Source: Neovahlkampfia damariscottae
Lineage: Eukaryota
Reading direction: 5' to 3'
Assembly: GCA_016618085.1 (NCBI GenBank)
Contig: JABLTG010000185.1
Span: 1 to 35,572 of the forward strand
DNA length: 35,572 nt
The position numbers were made by a program, and so were the translations under genes. The notes under the pieces were generated by a model that worked only from the letters and a program-made list of their open reading frames with translations, was not told the DNA's origin and did not search any database. Below, piece after piece: positions 1 through 10,002 of this stretch (position 1 is its first letter; every line of letters begins with the position of its first letter).

Positions 1-2
1 AA

Positions 3-164
3 CTTGGAAAAAAAGATTATTTCAATTGTAAATATTGTAATTTTTCTCTTCCAAGAGATTATAATGGAGCAAGAAATATATTTCTGATGAATATACAAAA
101 TTTTATTGGAAATCCAAAAACTGCCAGTACTGCTGGCGACGGTCCTATCCGAAAGAAACCTTGA
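3..164 (+). CDS. tnpB: 3' end (5'-truncated by window edge) of a TnpB/Fanzor2-family RNA-guided endonuclease
   Basis: Frame starting at base 3 reads LGKKDYFNCKYCNFSLPRDYNGARNIFLMNIQNFIGNPKTASTAGDGPIRKKP* (TGA 162-164). The pattern LG...F-x-CxxC-x5-RDxNGARNI-x-L is the second half of the zinc ribbon plus the RuvC-III motif of IS607-type TnpB/Fanzor2. Not in the ORF track because it has no start codon in the window. Confidence 0.88.
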   Translation, partial: LGKKDYFNCKYCNFSLPRDYNGARNIFLMNIQNFIGNPKTASTAGDGPIRKKP

Positions 165-222
165 TTTTAATGTCTGGTCTGATTAATCAGAATGAACGGA
201 AAAGTCAGTTTTAAGATAGCGG
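123..222 (+). ncRNA. Putative omegaRNA (Fanzor guide-RNA scaffold) / transposon right end overlapping the nuclease 3' end
   Basis: GC-enriched island with a GCCAGT-ACT-GCTGGC hairpin (123-137). A long nested stem follows: CTATC 145-149/GATAG 215-219, AAAC 156-159/GTTT 208-211, TGATTTT 162-168/AAAGTCA 201-207, capped by the perfect palindrome TCTGATTAATCAGA 178-191. Sequence drops to A/T-rich after CGG at 220-222. The position matches known TnpB/Fanzor omegaRNAs; boundaries are inferred. Confidence 0.65.
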
Positions 223-1347
223 AAATTTAAAAAAAGAAACAATCTTTATGTTTTTTTATTTATTTCAGAACAATTTTTGCACATACCAAATTGACCATTT
301 TTTCATTTTTTTTGGTGTTTGTTTCAGATAAAACATCACAAAGATTAGCATACCCAATTATCTCCAATTTTTTCATTCCACAACACTTCCATACCTTGAA
401 GTGGAGTTGATAGAAGTAAAAACCCTGGTTATTAGAGATCCGAATGGAAAAAGCACACTTTTTCGAACAAACACCAAATTCAGAAGTGAAAGTAAAGTTT
501 TGCACATGAAACAAAAATCAGTTTCTTTTCCTTAATATTTGATATCCTGGCTTTGTATTACTTGAACTTGCTTGGAGTAATTTTTGGCTATGCTGTTTAA
601 TTCTAAAAAGTGTATCTTTTGTGTCATCTCACATTTCTATTTTCCAAAAGAACCAACCTGATTCCATGAACTTTCTTAAATAATTAGTTTCCTTGGAATA
701 AGGTACTGTGAATCAGAAAGGTTTTACCGCTTGGACGCAGTTTTCTTATTTTTGACATCTACTTTAACAGAACGTTTTTTGATTGGAATAAAAAGCAAAA
801 TGCACGTTTTAACTGAAACCATTAAATAAAAAGCAAATTGCAAATTGTCTTTCAGAAATGGAAACTACAGAAGTTGGATCACTTGCTTATGAAGGATATG
901 AAAGAATTATGAAAACCAAAAAAATTGGAGACAAAGCTTATGAGAATAACGTTTTGGAAGAATTAAAATTTTTTGACAAAAAACTTTTTTCTTTCAAGTG
1001 GAAATCGCTTCGTCCATAAAAAGTCAACTTCACAATAACATTATTCCTTGTATCAAAAAATACTATATTTATACATCTAGAAACCTCAAATTCACCCCAT
1101 TTTTATTTGGTTGATGCATATGAATAGTCAACTAACACACTGTAAATAGAAGTACATACCAATGAAAAAACACTTATCTCTTACCAAACCTGATACAGAC
1201 AACTGCTCTTTAATGTTGTTCTCGATTGACTGTATCCAGAGGTTTTGCTCATGTATATAATGTAAAGAAGAAATTGAAATTCAAGAACAAAAAGATTTAT
1301 CATCTCCAATGAAAATTAAAGAAATTTATACATACTAGATTCAATTT

Positions 1348-2176
1348 TTATTTTGGGAAACTGATTTTTTGAGTTTCTTTATCAACAAGGATGATTCCTT
1401 TCTTTTTAAAATTATTGAAATGATTCCTGCATTGCAATCCATTTCTTCCAGGAATACGTTGAGAAAATACAACCCATCCTTCAGCACCTTTAGATCCTTT
1501 TGGTGCTTTGTCTTGTAATTTAAGTTGTTCAATGAATAATTTATCTTCTTCCTTTGAAAAACGATGATGTTTTGGATTCTTTGCAAAATGGTACAAAAAG
1601 TTATGTGGGTTTTTTTCTCTGTTACAAAATGCTATTTTTTTTTGTTTGTGCCAAGTTGTATCATATTGTTCATATCCATCATTGATATCAATTGAATTAG
1701 TGTCTGCCTTTCTTTTTTTTTCTGGTTTTGAGTTATCAGTATCATCAATAGTTTCTTCATCATCGTCTTCAGTAGATTGAATGATTTGTGAACGTGTTTT
1801 TCTTCTACGTTTTTTCTTCTTGATTGTTGATTTGATGGATTGATCAGGTTCAAAATCTGTTTCTGGTGCCGGTTTTATATTTTCTTGATCTGATAAGTCA
1901 CATAAATCTTCTGATATTTCTCCTGGATCTGATTTTATTTTGGCAATTCCAGTAGCTTCATTCATTTTTTCACAAAGGTCAATAACAAACTTTTCTGAAG
2001 GTTTTTCAAATTTTCTGACCATTGAGCTAATTATTTCTTTGTAGAATTGGGTAGTGTCTTCTTTTTCCTTGAATGTGTGATCAAGTTCATTGATAGGTGA
2101 TGCATCTTCCATTACTATTGAGATTAAAGATTTCTTAGACCTTACTTTCGTTAATGTTTAACGTTGTTTTGTTCAT
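1348..2176 (-). CDS. Myb/SANT-domain protein (2 exons; intron 2115-2145)
   Basis: C-terminal HRFSKEEDKLFIEQLK...GWVVFSQRIPGRNGLQCRNHF is a Myb-like helix-turn-helix, and KKKKRRRK is a likely NLS. An upstream ATG at 2176 (MNKTTLNINE) joins in frame through a 31-nt GTAAG...AG intron. ATTGG at 2204-2208. Confidence 0.75.
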
Positions 2177-2773
2177 TTTATGTTTAAATGTAAAAAAAAT
2201 GTAATTGGTTATATTTATCAGATTTTTCTTATGTGAGATTTTCTAGTGGTCCAAGAAAAATTTGGATTTCACTTTTTTTTTATGTTAGATTCAGACTTTA
2301 TTTGAAAAAAGAATTGAATCCCCAAAATTGGTGAATAGTTGTGTGATTTGTTTTTCAACACATTTCGTTTGACCAATCAAACCGTTTCAGAATTTGAATG
2401 CTACAAACATAACTTATCAAACGTGGAAACTTAAACTGAAAACAAATCAAATGACTCAAAAAAGAGCATTATGTTTGCAGAAATTGTTTTTATCTTCTTC
2501 ATTTCTGGATCTGGACATGACAAATTAAAAAATGATGTTTCCAAAATGATATTTACATGATGTTGTCATCTTGTTGTGATTTCCAGTTTCATTTCAAAAC
2601 AAAAAAATTTCAAAAACTTGATTACATTCATTATAAATAAACTTTTTTATGGTTCAAAAAACTTTTATTTTCATTTCAACACGATTATTTTCAAAGAAGT
2701 ATTTTGTTACATTTATCAACACAAGTTCGTTCATACAAAAAATCAACAACGTTGGTGATTTTTACCACAACAA

Positions 2774-3570
2774 ATGAAATTTTTTTCATTATTACAAAGA
2801 TATCATGAGATTAAAAAATCGACTTCTATCATAAAAATTAACAAAGAATTCACCAATATTCGTATCACTAAGATAATGGAACAGAATTTATGTCAACATT
2901 TAACACTTAACAAATTCGCCAATGAAATTCTTTTCAATTCTGGTTTGCAGTTGATGAAAGAATTGTTCAATGCTGAAAAAAAAAGGTTTAGAATAGAAAA
3001 GTTGTAAATATGTGAAAAACCATGAACTACACTTTGACAGCTATAAAATCTGATTACTGAGCAATTATATGTGAAAAAAGCTGTTACCATCCATTCAGGG
3101 ATTTTAATTTTTGTGGAGAAAGGATATTCAGAAGATCAGGAAGTTTGTCTCTGCTCTGCGAACAGCATCAACCTCACTGAAGTTTCTTCCAGAAATTTAT
3201 TCAAAACAATTACAGCACGTAAAAATAGCTGTATTGTATTGTGCTGAAAATTATGATTATGTCGATGACTCTTTGAAAAGAAATCATGAAATGTTGGAGG
3301 CTGCCTTTTCTTGTGATGGAGGAAGAACGATTCATCATTTACCAGATGATTTATACGATTCACAAGAAGTTATGCTTTTGTCAGTGAAGGTTTATGGAAA
3401 AAATATGGATTCATTCCATCAAAATTCCTGTTTGAAATCATTGAAGGAAATCCAAATCTACTTATGTATTTTTCAAATCAGTATCCATAAAAACTTTTCG
3501 GAAATGAAGTTTTCTGCTTGAAGTTGTGACAATTAGCAAGATGGTTTGACTACGAAGAACTCCTTCATTT
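2774..3570 (+). pseudogene. Frameshifted DUF4116-like repeat gene
   Basis: Fragmented ORFs with stops and frameshifts that are not explained by GT-AG introns. The fragment YVDDSLKRNHEMLEAAFSCDGGRTIHHLPDDLYDSQEVMLLSVKVYG resembles DUF4116 repeats, which are expanded in Naegleria. Confidence 0.5.
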
Positions 3571-3735
3571 ATATCATTGAAAAAATTTTTTTTCTTCTCC
3601 ACCTGTTGTTTTTGTGAAGAAAGCAAACAAGTTGATGCTTCAACACCTTCATCAAATGTAACTATAGTCTGTTTTTCACATACTTTTAGGAAAAGGTTCG
3701 TGCAACAAAGAGAGCAAGAAGAACTTCACAACAAA

Positions 3736-4078
3736 ATGGTCAAAATGACAATCAAAAAAAAAAAAAAGGTTCATAAAGAAGGATACAAAGCTAGAAATCT
3801 TACAAACACTGAAAGGGCTGAAATACATGCCTTGGTGATTGATGCAAATGAAAACCCAAAAGAAGTGGCTCAGATGAAAAAAGTTGCATTATCAATGGTT
3901 TATTTAAATTAAAAATAATAACTCATACGATGAGAAACCAAGAAGTGGAAGACCAAAAGAATATTCAGATGAGATGTTTATCAGTTATATAACAAAATAT
4001 CCAACAAAATCACCGAAAGAACTTCATGATACTTGGAAGAAAGATGATCCAAAAAATGCACCATCAATATATTATTGA
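3736..4078 (+). mobile_element. Degenerate Tc1/mariner/IS630-type transposase, N-terminal DNA-binding region only
   Basis: ATG 3736 reads ...RNLTNTERAEIHALVIDANENPKEVAQMKKVALSMVY (HTH-like). After a frameshift near 3905 it continues NSYDEKPRSGRPKEYSDEMFISYITKYPTKSPKELHDTW...APSIYY*. PRSGRPK (3938-3958) is the GRPR-type linker between the paired HTH domains. No DDE domain is visible. Confidence 0.7.
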
Positions 4079-4618
4079 TAATAATGGTGAGTACTATCAT
4101 CACAACTGGAGGAAATATTAAAGTTTTAATTTTTTAGTTGCACTTTGAAAAATTTTTTCTTTCAGCTCATTTCATTAATCAAAAAACGAAAGAGATATTA
4201 TGTTAGTACAAAGTCATTGTTATTTCATGAATAATTAACTTCACTCTCAGAACACATGTTTGTGAATCAAAACTTGATTCTGAAAACTTTTTACTAATAC
4301 AGACGCAATCAAAAAAGATAAACAGATAATATTAAAAGCATCAAAAATTGACAGAGAAATATTTAGATATCCCTAAAATAATGGAATATGATCAAGAAAT
4401 CATTTGGATCAAAAAAAGATATTTTGAAATGTTAAAGATACTCCAGTTCATAATATCAATTTTTTGTTTCTTTCTGGTGGAGAAATAAATTATTAAAGTT
4501 TAATAATTTGAATAAAGATCAAAAAGAAAAATCTTGTTTTTTTTGAAGTCAAATGATGCATTTTTTGACTAAGCAAATCTGAACATTGTTGATTGGTGGA
4601 AATATCCTTCACAAAAAC

Positions 4619-6895
4619 ATGTTCAAACAACTGTCGCAATTGCGAAGAAACAAAAAAATTTTGAACTTTAAAAATTACTCAGACTTAAATCAAAAAATAA
4701 ACATAGAACCAAGAATTCTGCTCAAACATTTCCACAACGAAAAAAAATTAAATAATTTTCCGGATTATATTTCATTAATTCAATATTTGATGAAAGAAAA
4801 ACAAGAACAAGAATTTTTAGAAACATTTGATTCATTACTTCAATTTTTTCCAACTGAAAAATCAAAATCTTTTTCATGTATTTTGGAAATTGCGTTCAAA
4901 ACAAAAAATTCAAATTTTACACAACAAATAAAAAAAAAATTAGATAAAGAAAATATTAAAAACCCACATCGAATTTATGAAACTATTATTGATAAATTTA
5001 TATCAGATGACAAATTCAATGAAGCATTGGAAGTGTTTGAAGAATACAAAAAAAATTTTGATTCATTGGATGTTTCTATTTTCAATAAAATAATCAAAGT
5101 TTATGTATCACGTCAAGAAATGATAAAATCAGTTGAAGTTTATAAATCATTGAAAAAATTAAATTTGAAACCTGATGATTTCACATTTCACACAATCATC
5201 AATGGTTTCTTCAACAAAAAACAATATGAAAAAGGATTACAATTTTATGAATATTTTAAACAACATAATTTGAAACCAAATTCATTCACTTATACTATTT
5301 TAATTAAAGGATATTCAAAAATGAGAAAAATGGATGAAGCTGTGGAGATTTTCAATCAGGTTTTTTTATTCAAGAAAAAACATTTGAATGTTGCTATTTT
5401 CAATTCAATGATCCACGGATTTTGTAATTGTCAAAGAATTGATGAAGCTGTTGACTGTTTTGAAACACTAAAAAATTTGACAGATATTGAACCTGACATT
5501 ATAACATTTACAACATTAATTAGAGGACTATTGAACAATAATGATTCGGAAAGAGCTATTAAATACTTTTTATTGATGAAAGAAAACTCAATGATAATGG
5601 ATACTTCAGTTTATAACATGATGATAAAAGGATTGTTTAAAATGAATTCTCATGAAGAAGGAATGACGTATTTTCAAGAAATGAAAGGAAATGGTTTAAA
5701 ACCTGATATATACACTTATGAAATGTTGATTGAAAATTCCAATGTTCATATCAGTTTAGAAAAATCAATCGAATATTTTGAAGAATCCTGGGATGAAAAT
5801 GATGTGAATAATAATCTTGCGAATCTAATTTCAATAATTCAAAGGTGTTTTCAAAATGAACTAACAGAGAAAGCAATTGAGTATTTCGAAAAATATTTAC
5901 ACTTGTATCCGACAAATGCAGAATATTATGAAACTATCATTGTTGGATTGATGGGTGTTGGACAATTTATCAAATCATCAAAATACTTCAAAATTGCAAG
6001 AACAAAGAATATAGAATTGAATTATTCTGATCCTTTGCTTTTAGAACGTTTATTAAGAGATGAAGGTGTTGATGAAGCAATTAAAATTTTGAGAAAAACT
6101 GGATATCGAACTTCACCTTTGAATGAAAATTTAATGATATCCAAATTACTTTCAGTATTCAAATACAATGATATTGTTGAAGAATTTTATCTAAATTTCA
6201 AAAGATTAAACAACGGAAAATTTTCAATGACAACTTTTAAAGATTTAATGGCTTTCTATTTGAAACAAAACAAAATGGAAAAAGCAAGAGATATATTGAA
6301 TGCTATTGAAAAGCATCATCAACCAACAATACAATCTTATAATATCATGTTAATGTCCTATTTTGATAAAAATGATCTTGAAAATGCAAGGAAACTTTTG
6401 AAAAGACTTGAATTAACAAATTTGAATCTGAATGGAAAAACATTCAGCATATTGATTATCAATTTTTGTAATCAAAATGAATATCCATATGCAAAGAAAT
6501 ACTTTGATTCAATGATTAATGAGAAAATTACTCCAGACGTTCAAATTTTAAAACATTTGATCATGGCATCCAGTCGATTGAAATTACTTGATGATTCACT
6601 TTATTATTATTCATTCTTTCAAAACAAAAAAACAAAATTGAATCTTTCTTTGATTATTATCAATTCTCTTTTGAAAGGTTTGAGACAAGTTCAAATGATG
6701 GACAAAGCCGAAATGGTTTATCACGATATGTTAAATTCAAATTTGAAACCTAATACATTTACATTCTATCATATGATCAAAGGTTATTATGTCATGGAAA
6801 ATTTTGAGAAAGTTCAGTTTTATATCGATTTAGCAAAGAAGGAATGTTTTAAGCCTTTACCAAGACTTTTGGAGCTGATGGAAAAAGTTCAATAA
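4619..6895 (+). CDS. P-type pentatricopeptide repeat (PPR) protein, probably mitochondrial
   Basis: Tandem 35-aa repeats (FTFHTIINGFFNKKQYEKGLQFYEYFKQHNLKPNS; ITFTTLIRGLL...). The first ATG is at 4619 and begins the basic presequence-like MFKQLSQLRRNKK. Intronless, with no DYW tail. Confidence 0.92.
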   Translation: MFKQLSQLRRNKKILNFKNYSDLNQKINIEPRILLKHFHNEKKLNNFPDYISLIQYLMKEKQEQEFLETFDSLLQFFPTEKSKSFSCILEIAFKTKNSNFTQQIKKKLDKENIKNPHRIYETIIDKFISDDKFNEALEVFEEYKKNFDSLDVSIFNKIIKVYVSRQEMIKSVEVYKSLKKLNLKPDDFTFHTIINGFFNKKQYEKGLQFYEYFKQHNLKPNSFTYTILIKGYSKMRKMDEAVEIFNQVFLFKKKHLNVAIFNSMIHGFCNCQRIDEAVDCFETLKNLTDIEPDIITFTTLIRGLLNNNDSERAIKYFLLMKENSMIMDTSVYNMMIKGLFKMNSHEEGMTYFQEMKGNGLKPDIYTYEMLIENSNVHISLEKSIEYFEESWDENDVNNNLANLISIIQRCFQNELTEKAIEYFEKYLHLYPTNAEYYETIIVGLMGVGQFIKSSKYFKIARTKNIELNYSDPLLLERLLRDEGVDEAIKILRKTGYRTSPLNENLMISKLLSVFKYNDIVEEFYLNFKRLNNGKFSMTTFKDLMAFYLKQNKMEKARDILNAIEKHHQPTIQSYNIMLMSYFDKNDLENARKLLKRLELTNLNLNGKTFSILIINFCNQNEYPYAKKYFDSMINEKITPDVQILKHLIMASSRLKLLDDSLYYYSFFQNKKTKLNLSLIIINSLLKGLRQVQMMDKAEMVYHDMLNSNLKPNTFTFYHMIKGYYVMENFEKVQFYIDLAKKECFKPLPRLLELMEKVQ

Positions 6896-7018
6896 ATTTT
6901 TTTTGAAGAATTGAATAAGTACAGGACAATTTAAATGTAGAAGGTTTATTTTTGACTGATGGACGTGGGTATATTTTGACCAATCAACTGGCATTCAATT
7001 CCAAAACAGTGTTCGTTC

Positions 7019-9919
7019 ATGACGAGTAAACCAAAACCAGATGGTGAAAAAAGAAAATCAAAAAAACCATGGTACTCAACAGCAAACTTGACAGATAAAA
7101 TTAGAGACTCAATTGGATTAAAAGTTCCACTGGACATACCTGATGAAAAATTAGACGGTTCAAAATATATTTTAAAATATGACGCTGTTTGGTTTTTTGA
7201 TGATATAGAAGAGGCGTTTTATGAACACCTAAAAACTGAATATAACGAGTCACCCATGGATTTTATAAGAGAATTCAAAGAAGTAAACAGAGAAATGTCT
7301 GATGTTGAAAAAATAGACATAACAAGAAGGTTTGTATCAGAATATATCAAACCACAAGCACCAAACGAGTTAAATATTAGTGGAAAAGCGAGGAACAAAA
7401 TTTTACAAAAACTGAAAGAAGCAGACCAAGTTTCAAATGAAACAACATGGTTACTCGATTGTTCAGTCCATGAGTTATTTGTACATATTGATAAAGCAAT
7501 GAAAAAAGATTTACAGATTGATAGTTTTCCAAGATTCACAGATTCAAAATTTTGGTTAGATTTGCTACCAAAATACAAAGATGATGAAAATGTTGTTGAT
7601 GCTTTAACTATATTTGACACTACTGAAGAAAAAGCTTTCCACAGAGAACCTTCTTCAAGAGAACTTATGGATGAAAAATTAGTTTTACAATTTTTGAACA
7701 GAGGAAGAGACTCACCTAGAAAAATTGAGAAAACAAAAAAACAAAGAAAAACTAGCAAGAAAAAATCTTTTTTTCAAAGAAAAAACACAAAAAAATTGGA
7801 TGAATCAATTCCAATAATTACTCCGGAAGGCGAAAACTCAAAATCTGTTCCACCACCAAAACCTTCAAAACCAGCTCCTAACAGACCTGCAGTTAGTTCT
7901 CCAAATAGAAAAGGAAGGCCATTCTTTGCATCTGTGATTGTAAAAAAAAAACCAGAAAAAAAAGAAATTTTAGATCCTTCAAAAATTACATCAGAAAAAG
8001 TTAGTAAACTTGCTCTTTTAAAAAACCGAAAATCAAACCCAACTTCAAGTTCAGAAAACAGTCCTACAGTTACTCCTGAATCCACACAAAGTGATACTTT
8101 GAAGATTGAAGATGTTGAAGATGTGAAATCAAATGACGAATTGGATACTGAAAATTTTGATAATTTGAGAAAAAAGAGAATCAATCAAAAGAGAAGATAT
8201 AGAAAAGAAACTTCAGATTCAAAAATTAAAGTAATGGATGAAAATACTAGAAATTGGGAATTAAGAAAGTATGCTTGGGCAAATTTTGAAGTAAAGAAAA
8301 ATGAAGAAGAGGTGGCAAAGAAAACTGTTACTTCAATAGATCAATTTAGTCAATTAGAAAAATCCTCTAATAGCGTTGAATTTATCAAATTATCTTCAAG
8401 AGGTCTTCCTGAATACAAAGAAGAAAAAGAAGAAGAAAAAGAAGGAGTTCAAGAGTTACCGAGTTGGTATTACTCTGAAAATGCAGCTGCTTTGGAAAAA
8501 TCAGATGAAGGAGAAGAAAACAAAAATGAGGAAGATGTTGTTGAAACTAACGAAGAAGATGATGAAGAAGATGAAGATGATGATAATGATGATTTGTATG
8601 AAAAATATGCGGAAGATGACCAAGCAACACCAATTGACAGAGAAAAAGCAAACAAATATTTTGAAATTGCCATGAATGCATCAAAAAATAAAGAATATCA
8701 AAAAGCTATTGATTACTATGACTTGGCAATTGAATATGATTGTGAATTAAAAGAAGCTTATTTCAATCGTGGTGTTTTGAATTATAGTTGTCATCGATAC
8801 TTTAATGCTATTTTAGATATGGTCAAAGTTATCAAACAAGATCCAAATGATGGAAAAGCCTTCTCAACACGAGGAAGGGCGTTAAAGCAAATTGGTCAAT
8901 ATCAAATGGCCATTGATGATTTCATCATTTCAAATAGTTTGGAAGAAATTCCAAGCAATTTTATGCTCATGGGAATTTGCTATGATAAATTAAATAAGAA
9001 AACAGAAGCAATAGATTCTTATTCAAAATTCATTGATTCTGGAGTTGCTCTGAAGAATGATCATCATAATCTTGTTTTTGTCTATTGTAATCGAGCTCTA
9101 AATTATTATCAAAAATATCAATATGAACAAGCATTAAGTGATTACACAAATGCTCTCAAATACGCCACAAATGAAGATCATCTTCGTCAAATCAAAATGC
9201 AAAGAGCAAAATGTCATTCAGCTTATGGAAATATTCAACAAGCAAATCAAGATTTATTAGATTCTTATACACATGTAGATTACTATAACAATGGTGTTCA
9301 TGCAATTAATGACAAGAAATACTCAAAAGGATATGATAATTTCACACAAGCAATAAACTTACAACCTAGTGAATACGATTATTATACAGCAAGGGCCATG
9401 TGTTCCAAGAATTTAGGAAATCCTCATGATGCTATTTTTGATTTAAAAAAAACACTTGAAATTGAACCAAAGCAAAAAAGACCGTTACAAATGCTTGGTA
9501 AACTGTATGTTCAAACAAGATCATTCGAAAAAGCAATTGAGGTTTATACCACAATGGCCGAATATTACCCAAAAAATGAAACAATTTATTTTGAAAGAGG
9601 AAATATTTATGGTGATATGAAAAAATCAGATGAAGCAATTGAAAATTACACTACTGCTCTGGAGTTGAATCCTGAAATGAGTATTTGTTATTTTAACCGT
9701 GCTTTGATTTATTTTAAATCAGAAAATTATAAAAAAGCTTTAATTGATTATAACAAAGCAATTCAATATGACGATGAAAACCCAACAATTTATGTTGACA
9801 GAGGTCTTTGTTATTATTATTTAGGCATGAACGAAAAAGCAGTCACAGATTTTCGTTTTTGTTTACAATTGGATCCTGAAAATTCAAGAGCCAAGGAAGT
9901 GTTAAAACATTTTGAATAA
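7019..9919 (+). CDS. RGS domain + low-complexity linker + C-terminal TPR array protein (paralog A)
   Basis: N-terminal FYEHLKTEYNESPMDFI...YIKPQAPNELNISGK...DSFPRFTDS is an RGS fold. The C-terminus has many TPRs (AYFNRGVLNY; YFERGNIYGDMKKSDEAIENYTTALELNP). Confidence 0.88.
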   Translation: MTSKPKPDGEKRKSKKPWYSTANLTDKIRDSIGLKVPLDIPDEKLDGSKYILKYDAVWFFDDIEEAFYEHLKTEYNESPMDFIREFKEVNREMSDVEKIDITRRFVSEYIKPQAPNELNISGKARNKILQKLKEADQVSNETTWLLDCSVHELFVHIDKAMKKDLQIDSFPRFTDSKFWLDLLPKYKDDENVVDALTIFDTTEEKAFHREPSSRELMDEKLVLQFLNRGRDSPRKIEKTKKQRKTSKKKSFFQRKNTKKLDESIPIITPEGENSKSVPPPKPSKPAPNRPAVSSPNRKGRPFFASVIVKKKPEKKEILDPSKITSEKVSKLALLKNRKSNPTSSSENSPTVTPESTQSDTLKIEDVEDVKSNDELDTENFDNLRKKRINQKRRYRKETSDSKIKVMDENTRNWELRKYAWANFEVKKNEEEVAKKTVTSIDQFSQLEKSSNSVEFIKLSSRGLPEYKEEKEEEKEGVQELPSWYYSENAAALEKSDEGEENKNEEDVVETNEEDDEEDEDDDNDDLYEKYAEDDQATPIDREKANKYFEIAMNASKNKEYQKAIDYYDLAIEYDCELKEAYFNRGVLNYSCHRYFNAILDMVKVIKQDPNDGKAFSTRGRALKQIGQYQMAIDDFIISNSLEEIPSNFMLMGICYDKLNKKTEAIDSYSKFIDSGVALKNDHHNLVFVYCNRALNYYQKYQYEQALSDYTNALKYATNEDHLRQIKMQRAKCHSAYGNIQQANQDLLDSYTHVDYYNNGVHAINDKKYSKGYDNFTQAINLQPSEYDYYTARAMCSKNLGNPHDAIFDLKKTLEIEPKQKRPLQMLGKLYVQTRSFEKAIEVYTTMAEYYPKNETIYFERGNIYGDMKKSDEAIENYTTALELNPEMSICYFNRALIYFKSENYKKALIDYNKAIQYDDENPTIYVDRGLCYYYLGMNEKAVTDFRFCLQLDPENSRAKEVLKHFE

Positions 9920-10002
9920 ATTGAAAAATAAAATTTTTATTTTATCATTGACCCGGAGAATTATAATTGGTCAATTGTCCGCTCACCATTTTTGTCATTA
10001 CC

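Noticed and set aside
84..160. CTGATGA...GAAA resembling a hammerhead ribozyme core
   Set aside because: The spacing is too long, there is no stem II or flanking stems, and the bases are explained by the Fanzor-like codons.
260..700. Minus-strand fragment LHFKVWKCCGMKKLEIIGYANL, faintly C2-domain-like
   Set aside because: Too short and interrupted to support a call, with no clear start or splice structure.
858..1019. 53-codon plus-strand ORF METTEVGSLAYEGYERIMK... after a GATTGG motif
   Set aside because: No recognisable family. It is probably a pseudogene fragment, and a functional link to the Fanzor-like element cannot be supported.
4619..6895. PPR protein as a DYW-type RNA-editing deaminase
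   Set aside because: No HxE/CxxC deaminase motif or DYW terminus; the repeats are plain P-type.
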